Origin: Bryobacterales bacterium
Lineage (GTDB): Bacteria; Acidobacteriota; Terriglobia; Bryobacterales; Bryobacteraceae
Length of the DNA stretch: 64,000 nt
Assembly: GCA_963781905.1 (NCBI GenBank)
Contig: CAWAHZ010000008.1
Location: 21,536-85,535, forward strand
Direction: 5' to 3'
This document shows, piece after piece, positions 30,605-41,806 of this stretch. Both the position numbers and the translations under genes were made by a program. Within the stretch, counting starts at the first letter, position 1. Each line of letters starts with the position of its first letter. Under the pieces are notes generated by a model. The model was not told the DNA's origin. It saw nothing but the letters and a program-made list of their open reading frames with translations, and made no database searches.

Positions 30605-32152
30605 ATGTTCAATCAACGTGCTTCCGGGTTACTGTTGCACGTGACCTCATTGCCGTCGCACCACGGTATCGGCGATATGGGCCCGGCTGCGGCCTTATGG
30701 ATCGACCGTCTTGCCGAATCGGGCCAGAGCTGGTGGCAGGCGTTGCCGCTCGGGCCCACCGGTTACGGCAACTCACCATATCAACCGTTATCTTCTTTCG
30801 CCGGCAACGAACTGGTCATCAGTCCGGACTGGCTGATCGAGGATGGGCTCCTCGAGTCGCGCGACATCCCAGCCCATTCGTTTCCGCAAACTGAAGTCGA
30901 CTACGACGCCGTCATCCCTTTCAAGCACCAGCTTCTGAAGACCGCCTGGACCAACTTCCACGCCGGGGGGCACTCAGACCTGCGACCTGTTTTCGAGCAG
31001 TTTTGCCAGGATCAATCGCACTGGCTGAACGACTATGCGCTGTTCCGGGCGCTCAAGGCTAAGTTCAGCGGGGCCTACTACTTGGATTGGCCGAAAGAGT
31101 TCGTTGACCGCCAGCAGGCAGCGCTCGACAGAGCCAGGCAGGAGCTGGCGGATCAAATCGGATTGGTGTGCTTTGCCCAATTCCTATCATTCCGTCAAGC
31201 CGACCGCCTGAAGGAGCACGCGCACAGCAAGGGCGTAAGCTTGATCGGCGACCTACCCTTCTTCGTCTCTCCCGATTCCAGTGACGTGTGGGCCAACCCG
31301 GAGCTCTTCCTCCTGGATGAGCAGCACAGGCCGCGCTTCGTGGCTGGCGTGCCGCCCGATTACTTTAGCGCGACAGGGCAGCTCTGGGGTAATCCTGTTT
31401 ACAACTGGGACGCCCATCGCGATTCCGGCTACCAGTGGTGGATTTACCGTTTGCGCGCGCTTCTTCAGCACGTCGACGTCATTCGCCTGGATCATTTTCG
31501 CGGCTTCATTGCTGCCTGGCACGTGCCCGCCGGCGCTCAAACAGCGCAATCCGGCCAGTGGATGCCGGGGCCGGCCGCCAGCTTATTCCTGGCGGTTCAG
31601 AAGGAGTTGAACGCTCTGCCCTTCATCGCCGAAGACCTGGGAACGATTACAAATGATGTCTACGCGCTGCGGGACCAGTTCCACCTGCCCGGGATGCGCA
31701 TTCTTCAATTCGCGTTCGATGGCCATCCCGACAACCCCCACCTGCCAGACAACTACGTGAGTAACACGGTGGTTTACACGGGCACGCACGATAATCCCCC
31801 CACTCGCGGCTGGTTTGAAGCTTTGCCGCCGGAGCAGCGTCAAAACGTGTGGCGGTATTTGAAGCGTCCCGAAGGGCAACCTGGCGACGTTGCGCCTGCG
31901 CTGTTGGAGACAGGTTGGTCTTCCCGAGCGGCGCTGGCGATGGCGCCCCTTCAGGATGTACTGAATCTCGGGAATGAAGCTCGAATGAATGTTCCGGGCC
32001 GCCCATACGGAAATTGGGGATGGCGGTCGACGGAAGAAATGCTCTCGGGTCCGGCTTTCGAGCGGCTCCGCGAGCTGACAAATTCCGCGCATCGATTGGA
32101 CATCGAGCGGACTCAAAGCATAGAGAACACCAGGGAGGTTGTTTCACGATGA
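30605..32152 (+). CDS. malQ: 4-alpha-glucanotransferase (amylomaltase)
   Basis: From ATG 30605: RASGLLLHVTSLPSHHGIGDMG, LIGDLPFFVS, DVIRLDHFRGF, FIAEDLG, YTGTHDN. Confidence 0.9.
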   Translation: MFNQRASGLLLHVTSLPSHHGIGDMGPAAALWIDRLAESGQSWWQALPLGPTGYGNSPYQPLSSFAGNELVISPDWLIEDGLLESRDIPAHSFPQTEVDYDAVIPFKHQLLKTAWTNFHAGGHSDLRPVFEQFCQDQSHWLNDYALFRALKAKFSGAYYLDWPKEFVDRQQAALDRARQELADQIGLVCFAQFLSFRQADRLKEHAHSKGVSLIGDLPFFVSPDSSDVWANPELFLLDEQHRPRFVAGVPPDYFSATGQLWGNPVYNWDAHRDSGYQWWIYRLRALLQHVDVIRLDHFRGFIAAWHVPAGAQTAQSGQWMPGPAASLFLAVQKELNALPFIAEDLGTITNDVYALRDQFHLPGMRILQFAFDGHPDNPHLPDNYVSNTVVYTGTHDNPPTRGWFEALPPEQRQNVWRYLKRPEGQPGDVAPALLETGWSSRAALAMAPLQDVLNLGNEARMNVPGRPYGNWGWRSTEEMLSGPAFERLRELTNSAHRLDIERTQSIENTREVVSR

Positions 32153-33241
32153 AAGCGACAGAAGCGCTCCACAATCTGGGCCAGAGTATCTGGCTTGATA
32201 ACATTACACGCGATCTGCTGGACAGCGGAACGCTCAAACGTTACATCGACGGGTGGTCCGTCACCGGGCTTACTTCAAATCCCACCATCTTCGATCATGC
32301 GATCAAGAACAGCTCGGCATACGACGCCGCCATCCGCGAGAAACTGATGCGGGGTAAGTCGGGGGAAGCGCTGTTCTTCGAACTGGCGCTGGAGGACATC
32401 ACGCGGGCCGCCGGGTTGTTTCAAACCATTCACGACCGAACCAATGGCGTCGACGGATGGGTTTCCCTGGAAGTTTCGCCCTTGCTGGCTCGCGACACCG
32501 CCGGAACAATCGCCGCCGCCAAGGATCTCCACGGGCGCGCGGCGCTCGCCGAACCTGTTCATCAAAATCCCCGGAACCAAGGAAGGTCTGCCGGCCATTG
32601 AGGAAGCCATTTTCGCCGGTATCCCGATCAACGTTACTCTGTTGTTCTCACGCGAGCAATACCTGGCGGCTTCTGACGCCGTGCTGCGCGGCATCGAGCG
32701 GCGCATCGAGCAAGGGCTGAATCCTTCGGTGGGGTCCGTCGCCTCAATGTTTATCAGCCGTTGGGACGTAGCAGTGACAGGCAAAGTGCCCGAACCCCTG
32801 CGAGGCAAACTCGGCATCGCCGTCGCCCAGCGAACCTACACGGCGTATCGCGAACAGCTTAGCTCGGCGCGCTGGCAGCGCGTGATGAATTTCGGCGCGC
32901 AGCCCCAACGGCTGCTATGGGCCAGCACGGGAACCAAGGATCCCGCGGCGTCCGACATCCTTTACGTCAAGGCTCTCGCGGCGCCTCTGACCGTTGACAC
33001 AATGCCCGATGGCACCTTGAAGGCCCTGGCCGATCACGGTGATGTCGGCACGATCTTAGCGGCGGACGGCGGCGACTCAGAACAGGTCCTGGCTCAGTTC
33101 GCCGGCGCCGGCATCAATGTCGATGCGCTGGCGATTCAGCTTCAGGAAGAGGGGGCAAAATCCTTCGTCCAGTCCTGGAACGAGCTCATGGGGGTAATCG
33201 AATCCAAGAGCGCCGCTCTCAAGACGGCGGCTACCAGGTGA
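32150..33241 (+). pseudogene. tal: Transaldolase (long form), frame broken by an apparent 1-nt insertion near 32540
   Basis: N-terminal part (MKATEALHNLGQSIWLDNITRDLL...GWVSLEVSPLLARDTAGTIAAAKDLHGRA) is in ORF 32014..32601. The continuation (RSPNLFIKIPGTKEGLPAIEEAI..INVTLLFS...) is in ORF 32444..33241. The junction lies inside GGGCGCGCGGCGCTCGCC. Confidence 0.85.
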
Positions 33242-33257
33242 ACGAGGCTATTTGGAC

Positions 33258-34913
33258 ATGACAACAACGACACAAACGGAGCAGGCTCTCGAACCACTTA
33301 CCAAGAGGGCGGCTTGGAAGAAGCTGCAGGCGCACTATAAGGAGATCGGCGAAGTGCACCTGCGGAGCCTGTTCGCGGACGATCCCGCGCGCGGGGAGCG
33401 AATGACGCTGGATGCCGCGGGCATCTTTCTCGACTATTCGAAAAACCGCATCACCGATCAAACCCTCAAGATTCTGCTCGATCTAGCCGCCGAATCGGGC
33501 TTGCGTTCAAAGATCGATGCGATGTTCCGCGGGGATAAGATCAACGTCACTGAGAAGCGCGCGGTTCTGCACGTGGCTCTGCGGGCGCCTGAGGGAGCGT
33601 CCATCGAAGTCGACGGCCAGAATGTGGTCCCCGAGGTGCATGCTGTACTCGACCGCATGGCGGCTTTCTCCAACCGCGTCAGGAGCGGTGAGTGGAAAGG
33701 GCACACCGGCAAACGCATACGCAATGTCATCAACATCGGGATTGGTGGGTCCGACCTCGGACCGGTGATGGCTTACGAGGCGCTCAAACATTACAGCGAC
33801 CGCGCTATGCAATTCCGGTTTGTGTCCAATGTCGATGGGACCGATTTTGCGGAAGCTGTCAACGGGCTGGATTCCGCGGAGACGCTCTTCATTGTTTCTT
33901 CGAAGACTTTCACCACTCTCGAAACCATGACGAATGCTCATTCGGCCAGAGACTGGGCGCTGGCGGGGCTGGGCGGCGATGAGAAATCGATCGCTAAGCA
34001 CTTTGTCGCCGTATCCACTAATGCGGCGGAAGTGACCAAGTTCGGAATCGATACCACGAACATGTTCGGCTTCTGGGATTGGGTGGGTGGACGGTACTCG
34101 ATGGACTCGGCGATCGGTCTTTCGACCATGCTAGCCATCGGACCAGACCATTTCCGGGAAATGTTGCAGGGCTTCCACCAGATGGACGAACATTTTCGTA
34201 CCGCGCCATTCGAGAAAAACCTGCCGGTGCTCCTGGGGCTGCTGGCCGTCTGGTACAACGACTTTTTTGGAGCGCAGACCGTAGCGGTGCTGCCTTACGA
34301 GCAATATCTCAAGCGATTTCCAGCCTACTTACAGCAGTTGACCATGGAGAGCAACGGAAAGCACGTCACGCTGGATGGAACCCAGGTGGATTACGCGACA
34401 GGGCCAATTTATTGGGGTGAGCCGGGAACCAACGGCCAGCATTCGTTCTATCAGCTGATCCATCAGGGCACCCGCTTGATCCCTTGCGATTTCATTGCGT
34501 TCACAAAAACGTTGAACCCCATCGGCCGCCATCACGACATGCTGCTGGCCAACGTCTTCGCTCAGACCGAAGCGCTCGCGTTCGGAAAGACTCTCGAGCA
34601 AGTGAAAGCCGAGGGCGTACCCGATTGGCTGGCGCCGCACCGCGTATTCGAAGGCAACCGCCCGACGAATACCATTCTTGCCGATCAGCTGACTCCCGAG
34701 ACACTCGGCAAACTGGTCGCGCTCTATGAGCACAGCGTGTTCACGCAGGGCGCGATATGGAATATCAACTCGTTCGATCAGTGGGGCGTCGAGCTTGGCA
34801 AGGCGCTGGCGCAGCGAATCATTCCGGAGCTCGAAGGTGCGACAGAGCCGGCGCTCAGTCACGACAGCTCAACGAACAACCTGATACGCCGGTATCGCAA
34901 GCTCAAGGGGTAA
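33258..34913 (+). CDS. pgi: Glucose-6-phosphate isomerase
   Basis: Full-length PGI similarity ([37 protein letters not shown]). Confidence 0.95.
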   Translation: MTTTTQTEQALEPLTKRAAWKKLQAHYKEIGEVHLRSLFADDPARGERMTLDAAGIFLDYSKNRITDQTLKILLDLAAESGLRSKIDAMFRGDKINVTEKRAVLHVALRAPEGASIEVDGQNVVPEVHAVLDRMAAFSNRVRSGEWKGHTGKRIRNVINIGIGGSDLGPVMAYEALKHYSDRAMQFRFVSNVDGTDFAEAVNGLDSAETLFIVSSKTFTTLETMTNAHSARDWALAGLGGDEKSIAKHFVAVSTNAAEVTKFGIDTTNMFGFWDWVGGRYSMDSAIGLSTMLAIGPDHFREMLQGFHQMDEHFRTAPFEKNLPVLLGLLAVWYNDFFGAQTVAVLPYEQYLKRFPAYLQQLTMESNGKHVTLDGTQVDYATGPIYWGEPGTNGQHSFYQLIHQGTRLIPCDFIAFTKTLNPIGRHHDMLLANVFAQTEALAFGKTLEQVKAEGVPDWLAPHRVFEGNRPTNTILADQLTPETLGKLVALYEHSVFTQGAIWNINSFDQWGVELGKALAQRIIPELEGATEPALSHDSSTNNLIRRYRKLKG

Positions 34914-34916
34914 ATT

Positions 34917-35936
34917 ATGCAACTTGGAATGATCGGTCTTGGAAGAATGGGAGCAAACATGGTGCGCCGGCTCCTGAGAGCGGGGCATCAGTGCGTGGTC
35001 TTCGACATGTCGCAGAAAACGGTAAGCGAGCTGGTACAAGAAAAAGCGGCGGGGAGTTCCTCGCTTCCTGACCTGATCGCGAAGCTCGAAAAACCTCGGG
35101 CGCTCTGGTTGATGGTGCCGGCCGCCGCCGTGGACGACACGATAGCAAGTCTCGTGCCTCACCTGGAGCGCGGGGACATCCTGATTGACGGCGGAAATTC
35201 CTATTACATCGATGACATCCGGCGCGCGAAGGATTTGGCCTCGAAAGGGATTCATTACGTCGACGTCGGAACCAGCGGCGGCGTGTGGGGTTTGGACCGA
35301 GGTTACTGCATGATGATCGGCGGTGAAACGGCCACGGTCAAACGCCTCGATCCGATTCTCGCGACGCTGGCTCCCGGCCCGGGTGACATACCGCCCACGC
35401 CCGGACGCCAGGCGCGGGACGGCACCGCCGACCAGGGTTATTTGCACTGCGGCCCGAACGGCGCGGGCCATTTTGTCAAGATGGTGCACAACGGCATCGA
35501 GTATGGCATCATGGCGGCGTACGCCGAAGGGCTTGGTGTCCTGAAGAGCGCCAACGTGGGAAAGCAGGAACGCACCAGCGACGCGGAGACCACGCCGTTG
35601 CGCGATCCGGAACATTATCAGTTCGACCTCAACTTGAAGGACATCACGGAGGTCTGGCGGCGCGGCAGCGTAATCGCGTCCTGGCTGCTCGACCTAACCG
35701 CTGCGAGCCTGGTGAAAGACCCCTCTCTGGCTGAATTCGCGGGGCGCGTGTCGGATTCCGGCGAGGGCCGATGGACTGTCAAAGCGGCTATCGATGAGGC
35801 CGTTCCGGTGCCCGTTCTTTCCGCCGCGCTTTATCAACGGTTCAGCTCACGCGGCGAAGCGGACTATCAGGATAAGGTGCTATCTGCGATGCGCTTTGGA
35901 TTCGGCGGTCATCTGGAGAAAGCCGCAGGCAAGTGA
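34917..35936 (+). CDS. gnd: 6-phosphogluconate dehydrogenase (decarboxylating), short YqeC/Gnd-like form
   Basis: [19 protein letters not shown] Rossmann start, [21 protein letters not shown]. Confidence 0.9.
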   Translation: MQLGMIGLGRMGANMVRRLLRAGHQCVVFDMSQKTVSELVQEKAAGSSSLPDLIAKLEKPRALWLMVPAAAVDDTIASLVPHLERGDILIDGGNSYYIDDIRRAKDLASKGIHYVDVGTSGGVWGLDRGYCMMIGGETATVKRLDPILATLAPGPGDIPPTPGRQARDGTADQGYLHCGPNGAGHFVKMVHNGIEYGIMAAYAEGLGVLKSANVGKQERTSDAETTPLRDPEHYQFDLNLKDITEVWRRGSVIASWLLDLTAASLVKDPSLAEFAGRVSDSGEGRWTVKAAIDEAVPVPVLSAALYQRFSSRGEADYQDKVLSAMRFGFGGHLEKAAGK

Positions 35937-35955
35937 GCCAGGAAAGGAAACTGCA

Positions 35956-37377
35956 ATGAGCGACAACCATTCCGATGCATTCGTGTTTTTCGGCGCCACC
36001 GGCGATCTGGCATATAAGAAGATTTTCCCCGCGCTCCAGTCCATGGTGAAGCGCGGCCATCTGAATGTGCCTGTGATCGGCGTGGCCAAGAATGGATGGA
36101 ACCTCGACAACCTTCGCGCGCGGGCGCACGACAGCCTGAAGGAGCACGGCGGCATCGATCCGGCGGCTTTCGAAAAACTGAACAGCTTGCTGCGTTATGT
36201 GGATGGCGACTATGGCGATCCCGCCACGTTTCAGGCGCTCCGAAAAGAGCTGAACGGCGCCGAACGGCCGGCGTTTTACCTGGCCATCCCGCCGTCCCTG
36301 TTCGAAAAGGTGGTCGAACAGCTGGCCAATGCAGGCGGCGCGCAGGATGGCCGTGTCATCGTTGAGAAGCCGTTCGGACACGATCTGGATTCCGCGCTGG
36401 AGCTCAACAAAACTTTGCATCGCGTCTTCCCCGAGCCCTCTATCTTTCGCATCGACCACTACCTCGGTAAGCGGCCCGTGAACAATGTGGTTGTGTTTCG
36501 GTTCGCGAATGCATTCATGGAGCCTTTCTGGAATCGAAACTACGTTGAAAGTGTTGAGATCACCATGGCGGAATCGTTCGGTGTCGAAGGCCGCGGCGGT
36601 TTCTACGATCAAACCGGCGCCATTCGCGACGTCATCCAGAACCATCTCTTCCAGATCCTGTGTAATCTGGCGATGGAGCCTCCGGCCCGCATCGACAGTG
36701 AGACCATTCGCGATGAGAAGGTGAAAGTACTGAAGGCGATCCCGCCCATCGAGCCAAACCACCTGATCCGGGGGCAGTTCGCCGGGTACCGGCAAGAAAA
36801 GGGCGTCGCGCCCGATTCGAAGGTTGAAACGTTCGCCGCGCTGCAGCTCCAGGTGGATTCCTGGCGCTGGAAGGGGGTGCCCTTTTACCTTCGCGCGGGG
36901 AAAAACCTGCCGGCTACTTGCACCGAAGTGCTGGCGCGGTTCCGGACTCCTCCCATGAGTCTCAGGCAGGGAGTCACCACCAGGAACCACCTACGTTTCC
37001 GCATCAGCCCGGAAATGACCATCGCGCTGGGCGCGGCTGTCTTGGGTCCGGACGAACGAATGGACACCGAATCGGTGGAGATCATCGCAAGCAGCCATCC
37101 CAGCCCGTCGGAGATGGATGCGTACGAGCGAATTCTGGGCGATGCCATGACCGGCGAAGCGACTCTGTTCGCCCGCGAAGATTATGTCGAAGAAGCTTGG
37201 CGCATCATCGATCCGGCGCTCAAGGCTGCGACGCCGATCTACGAATACAACAAAGGTACCTGGGGTCCCGATGAGGTCGCGAAGGTCTCACCTCCCGAGG
37301 GTTGGCATAATCCCGCTGCCACGGACCAGGAAGATTTCCGCGTCAGCAAGCCTGTTGGGACCAGCCATGCAGCTTGA
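35956..37377 (+). CDS. zwf: Glucose-6-phosphate dehydrogenase
   Basis: From ATG 35956: [27 protein letters not shown], and the EKP motif [10 protein letters not shown]. Confidence 0.95.
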   Translation: MSDNHSDAFVFFGATGDLAYKKIFPALQSMVKRGHLNVPVIGVAKNGWNLDNLRARAHDSLKEHGGIDPAAFEKLNSLLRYVDGDYGDPATFQALRKELNGAERPAFYLAIPPSLFEKVVEQLANAGGAQDGRVIVEKPFGHDLDSALELNKTLHRVFPEPSIFRIDHYLGKRPVNNVVVFRFANAFMEPFWNRNYVESVEITMAESFGVEGRGGFYDQTGAIRDVIQNHLFQILCNLAMEPPARIDSETIRDEKVKVLKAIPPIEPNHLIRGQFAGYRQEKGVAPDSKVETFAALQLQVDSWRWKGVPFYLRAGKNLPATCTEVLARFRTPPMSLRQGVTTRNHLRFRISPEMTIALGAAVLGPDERMDTESVEIIASSHPSPSEMDAYERILGDAMTGEATLFAREDYVEEAWRIIDPALKAATPIYEYNKGTWGPDEVAKVSPPEGWHNPAATDQEDFRVSKPVGTSHAA

Positions 37378-38077
37378 GGTTTTGGACGATGCCGATTCGG
37401 TGGCGCGGCAGGCTGCCTCTACTATTGCGGCTGATGCTCGGGCAGCCATCGCCGCTCGTGGCCGATTCGGCCTGGCTGTCAGCGGCGGCCATACGCCCTG
37501 GATCATGCTGCGCGCGCTCGCGAACGAAGATCTGGCATGGACCAATGTGCACTTGTATCAAGTGGACGAACGCATTGCACCGGACGGAGACCCGGATCGA
37601 AATCTCACGCACTTGCGTGAAAGTTTTCTGAGCCATGTTTCGTTTCCCCCCAGAAACGTCCATGCCATGCCTGTCGAATCGCCCGATCCGGAAGCGGGCG
37701 CCCGTCAGTACGCCCTGGCTTTACAGGAATTCGCCGGTTCGCCGCCGATCCTCGATCTGGTTCACCTGGGTCTCGGTCCGGACGGCCACACCGCATCGCT
37801 GGTGCCGGCAGACCCGGTGCTCAATGTCACTAACGCCGACGTGGCTCTTACGGGAATCTACCAGGGCCGGCGCCGAATGACGTTGACCTATCCGGCGCTC
37901 AATCGTGCCCGGCGAGTGCTTTGGGTTGTGACCGGAAGCGAGAAAGTGGAAATGCTTCGCCGCCTGGTGGATGCGGATCAGACCATTCCAGCCGGCCGGG
38001 TCCGCCGCGAACAGGCTCTGCTGCTGGCCGATCGCGATGCAGCGGGCGCCCTAAGAAGCGCGCAACCGCTCATTTAG
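37367..38077 (+). CDS. pgl: 6-phosphogluconolactonase
   Basis: From ATG 37367 (overlaps the zwf end by 11 nt): [31 protein letters not shown]. Confidence 0.85.
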   Translation: MQLEVLDDADSVARQAASTIAADARAAIAARGRFGLAVSGGHTPWIMLRALANEDLAWTNVHLYQVDERIAPDGDPDRNLTHLRESFLSHVSFPPRNVHAMPVESPDPEAGARQYALALQEFAGSPPILDLVHLGLGPDGHTASLVPADPVLNVTNADVALTGIYQGRRRMTLTYPALNRARRVLWVVTGSEKVEMLRRLVDADQTIPAGRVRREQALLLADRDAAGALRSAQPLI

Positions 38078-40148
38078 ACTTGGGGCGGACGAGAACCACC
38101 ATCGAACGTCCCTCAACTTCATAGTCGGCGCGTTGGATTGGAAGGCCCGCTTCTACGAAGTCATCGGAGGCGGGCAGGCCGGTATCCACCACCCTCAACC
38201 ACTCGCCCGGCGTCCCCTCCTGAATCTGGAACGTCAGCCTCTGCCAGTAGGAGTTGATCATCACGTATACGTCGTCGTCATTCTCGGAGGCGCCGGACAG
38301 AAAATAAGCGAGACTGTGCGAGTCTTGGGACGTATCTGCCGGCCCGTCCACGCCGTACCACAGTACATCGCTGCGCCAAAAGCGGCTGCGGCAGAGGGAA
38401 GGGTGCGATTTCCGAAAGGCAATCATCCGCTGGAAGAAACGGAAAATATCCTGGTTCTGACGGCAGCGGTCCCAATCCAGCCAGCTGATTTCGTTGTCCT
38501 GATTGTATGGGTTGTTGTTGCCGCGCTGCGTGTGCATGAATTCGTCCCCGGCACGGAACATCGGCGTCCCGTTTGAGAGCATGAGCAGGCAGCAAAAATT
38601 CTTGACTTGCTTCCGTCGCAACGCCAGCACCTCCGGCGGAAGGTCGTCATCTCCCTCGCTGCCACAGTTCCAACTATCGTTCTGATCCATGCCGTCCTGA
38701 TTTTCGTGACCGTTGGCCCAGTTGCGCTTCGCGTTGTAGGAGACCAGGTCATAAAGCGTAAAGCCATCATGACTGGTCACGTAATTGATCGTCTGTGAGG
38801 CGTGGTATGCGTGGGCCCGATCGTCCGGGAAGAAATCGTCGCTCCCATATAAGCGACGCATCAGGTTTGGCACCGTGCCGGAATCGCCCTTGACGAATCG
38901 ACGAACGTCATCCCGAAATCGCCCATTCCATTGAAACCAACTGACGCCGTGAAAACTGCGGCCCAATTGATAGACGCCTGCCGCATCCCATGGCTCGGCA
39001 ATCAGCCGGACATTACGCAGCTCGGGATCGGCCGCGATCTCGCTGAAGATCGGCGGGCTGTCCCAATCCAGCGAACCATCCCGATTCCGGCTAAAGATTG
39101 ACGCCAGATCAAAACGAAACCCATCGACGCGCATTTCGCGGCGCCAGTAGCGCAAGCTGTCCAGGATCATTTGGCGGACAATCGGACTGGCCGCATCTAG
39201 AGTGTTGCCTGTCCCTGCGTAATTGGCATAGGGGCTCGCTGAGTTTCCAGTCATCATGTAATACTCGCGATTGTCCAGCCCTTTGTAGCTATAGGTCGGC
39301 CCCCGATGATCGCCCTCGGCGGTGTGGTTGTAGACGACGTCCAGTATCACCTCGATACCTGCCTCATGCAGCGCTTCAACCACGGAGCGAAACTCTTCGT
39401 GCTGATTGCAGGACTGCCACCGGCTGGCATAGGCGCCGTGGGGCGAGAAGAAATTCAGCGGCATATAGCCCCAGTAATCCTCATCCTCCGGGTCGCGTTG
39501 AAAGATGGGCATGAGTTCCACAATCGTGACGCCCAATTCCTTCAAGTAAGGAATCTTTTCCACCAGACCATCAAAGGTGCCGGCGCGATCGGGATCGACG
39601 CCAGAGCTCGGGTGCTTGGTGAATCCCCGAACATGCAGTTCGTATATGATCGCGTCGGATTCGTGCTGCGGTGTTGCGTACGATGAGGCTAGCTCATCGC
39701 TGAACGGCCGGCGTGCGGGAATCACCCCCAGCGGGGCTTTGCCGGCATTCGAGCCCTCGCGCATCGCCAGAGTCCTGTCGAAAGCCTGCGGAAAGAATAC
39801 GCAGCGCGCGTAGGGATCCAGCAACAATTTTTGCGGATCGAAACCGCGTACGCCGTCTAAATCGGGGCCAGCGGCCGAATAGGCATAGTATCGGGCGGAG
39901 CCGATAGTCGTCGCGGGTATCCGGCAATGCCAGATTGGTCCCGACTTGTTGCGGAGGAAATCGAACACAAATGTGAAGGAGGGATGAACCAGATCATCCT
40001 GACCGAACAACATCAGCGTCATACTCTCGGCGTGTTCGGAGAAGACGGCGAAATTGAACGCCTGTTCATTCTCCACCCAGTTGACACCGAGCGGCGACGT
40101 CGCTCCCTCAGTTGAGATCCAGGTCGGCTTCTGTTCCGCGATCGTCAT
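38070..40148 (-). CDS. glgX: Glycogen debranching enzyme GlgX (isoamylase-type GH13)
   Basis: 692 aa. YELHVRGFT, DVVYNHT, GFRFDLAS, AEPWD, INYVTSHDGFTL. Confidence 0.9.
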   Translation of the reverse strand: MTIAEQKPTWISTEGATSPLGVNWVENEQAFNFAVFSEHAESMTLMLFGQDDLVHPSFTFVFDFLRNKSGPIWHCRIPATTIGSARYYAYSAAGPDLDGVRGFDPQKLLLDPYARCVFFPQAFDRTLAMREGSNAGKAPLGVIPARRPFSDELASSYATPQHESDAIIYELHVRGFTKHPSSGVDPDRAGTFDGLVEKIPYLKELGVTIVELMPIFQRDPEDEDYWGYMPLNFFSPHGAYASRWQSCNQHEEFRSVVEALHEAGIEVILDVVYNHTAEGDHRGPTYSYKGLDNREYYMMTGNSASPYANYAGTGNTLDAASPIVRQMILDSLRYWRREMRVDGFRFDLASIFSRNRDGSLDWDSPPIFSEIAADPELRNVRLIAEPWDAAGVYQLGRSFHGVSWFQWNGRFRDDVRRFVKGDSGTVPNLMRRLYGSDDFFPDDRAHAYHASQTINYVTSHDGFTLYDLVSYNAKRNWANGHENQDGMDQNDSWNCGSEGDDDLPPEVLALRRKQVKNFCCLLMLSNGTPMFRAGDEFMHTQRGNNNPYNQDNEISWLDWDRCRQNQDIFRFFQRMIAFRKSHPSLCRSRFWRSDVLWYGVDGPADTSQDSHSLAYFLSGASENDDDVYVMINSYWQRLTFQIQEGTPGEWLRVVDTGLPASDDFVEAGLPIQRADYEVEGRSMVVLVRPKSK

Positions 40149-40159
40149 TTAGTCATCCC

Positions 40160-40204
40160 TCGTTGTTTGGGCAACCAATGTTTGGGCAATCGTTGTTTGG
40201 GCAA
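40160..40204. repeat. 3 x 15-nt direct repeat (TGTTTGGGCAA core) immediately upstream of the glgX start
   Basis: Core TGTTTGGGCAA at 40164-74, 40179-89 and 40194-204. In glgX sense it reads ATTGCCCAAACAACG / ATTGCCCAAACATTG / GTTGCCCAAACAACG, followed by AGGGATGACTAA-ATG. Confidence 0.85.
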
Positions 40205-40473
40205 TCAAGGCACCACCTCAAGTTTGATGCACTTCGCGGGAACTTAGCCGCTACCTTCTGCTGACTAATGGTGGATCGAGACGAATGTCGAGCTTTTGCC
40301 AAGCCAGAAGGCAGCCTCTAGACTAACCGGTATCCCACCACCGCTCTATCTCCTTTATTAATAAGGGGCGGCAATCGGTTGTCTCCGTGCCTCCATTGTT
40401 GTGTCGGGCAATTCGCTGATCGCAACTTTCGCCGATCGCAAGTTAGGCTCGCGTGACCGGAAAGGAAAAACTA

Positions 40474-41802
40474 ATGTCCATGATTCAACACACAAAGATT
40501 CAACACCTTGCTATCGGAGTTCTCGTTTTCGCGTGCAGATGCTCGGCGCAGTATCACCTGGAGACGAACTATGCCGAGCCAAATGCCGCCAACGACCGTA
40601 ACTATTTATTCGGCGACATGTTCGGCTTTCGCTCCTGGCTCGCACAGAAGGGAATAACCTACAACCTCGAAAACACGACGGATTCTTTTGGCGTCGTGCA
40701 CGGCGGTCTTTCGGATCAGCCGGCCGCGTTTACCCGCATTCGCGGCACCATCGACATCGATTTTGACAAACTCACCGGCTCACATCATGATTTGAGCTTT
40801 CACGCAACAGGACTCTGGCAGACTGGCAACAACATCGGCGCGCAACTGGGGAGTTATGCAAATCCCAGCGGTCTGGACAGCGTGCACGTCTTTCGCATGG
40901 ACTCGTTCTGGGTGCAGAAGCAATATGCCGATGGCATTGTCACTCTACGGGCCGGGCAAATGGCGGGCTGGGACTTCTTTGGCAACCAGGAGTACGGCTC
41001 GTCGTATACCATCGAGCCGTTAAACTATGCGTTGGGCAACATATTCAACGCTACCTACTTGACCTTCAACCCCGCCGGTGTGCCGGCCGCTTACATTCGC
41101 CTGGACGGCTTTCGCGCCAACGAGCGCCCCATCCACGGAGTCTACGCTAAATCGGCCGTGTTCTCCGGCAACAAGAACCCTTATCAGCAGGACCCCACCG
41201 GTTTGCATTTCGTGATCGCAAACTCTCCGGTCATCGCGACGGAGGCTGGCTATCTTTGGGATGCTCCAGTGGGCCCCGATCAGCCGCTACCCACGGATCG
41301 AAAGCTCTATCCGGGCATTTACCGGTTCGGTGGAATCGTGAACTACAACGGAATCTTTATCGATCCGTTAACGGGACTGATTACCAAGGGGTCGTACATT
41401 TATTACTTCATGGCGTCGCAAGCCATCTATCGAGCCGAAGTGGGATCCAACCGCGGGCTGGACGTCACCTTCGCCTACGATAACAGTCCAAATACCGTGA
41501 ACCAGCAGAACTCGATGATCACCGCCGGCGGCGTCTATCACGGAATCATTCGGCGGCGAGCGGTGGATGATTTGGCATTCGGCTTCGTCTCCACGCGTAC
41601 CGGCAACGCCTACAGCCAGCTCAACGAATTATTGCTCGGATACGCGCTGGGTTGGGAGAAGGCGTACACAATCGACTACCGGGCGCAGGTGAAACCTTGG
41701 CTGGCGGTGCAGCCGACCATCCAGTACTTCAATATGATCGCAGGCAATCCGCAACGGTCGAGTGGAGTGGTTATCGGGTTGCGCACCGATGTAAGGTTCT
41801 GA
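40474..41802 (+). CDS. Carbohydrate-selective porin, OprB family
   Basis: Signal peptide, then YLFGDMFGFRSWLAQKGITYNLENTTDSFGVVHGG and a C-terminal aromatic residue (VRF). ATG 40474 follows AAAGGA. Confidence 0.8.
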   Translation: MSMIQHTKIQHLAIGVLVFACRCSAQYHLETNYAEPNAANDRNYLFGDMFGFRSWLAQKGITYNLENTTDSFGVVHGGLSDQPAAFTRIRGTIDIDFDKLTGSHHDLSFHATGLWQTGNNIGAQLGSYANPSGLDSVHVFRMDSFWVQKQYADGIVTLRAGQMAGWDFFGNQEYGSSYTIEPLNYALGNIFNATYLTFNPAGVPAAYIRLDGFRANERPIHGVYAKSAVFSGNKNPYQQDPTGLHFVIANSPVIATEAGYLWDAPVGPDQPLPTDRKLYPGIYRFGGIVNYNGIFIDPLTGLITKGSYIYYFMASQAIYRAEVGSNRGLDVTFAYDNSPNTVNQQNSMITAGGVYHGIIRRRAVDDLAFGFVSTRTGNAYSQLNELLLGYALGWEKAYTIDYRAQVKPWLAVQPTIQYFNMIAGNPQRSSGVVIGLRTDVRF

Positions 41803-41806
41803 ACTC

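Noticed and set aside
40160-40204. The tandem repeats at 40160-40204 and 62437-62512 as miniature CRISPR arrays.
   Set aside because: The repeats are contiguous with no spacers, the units are only 15-19 nt, and there are no cas genes in the window.
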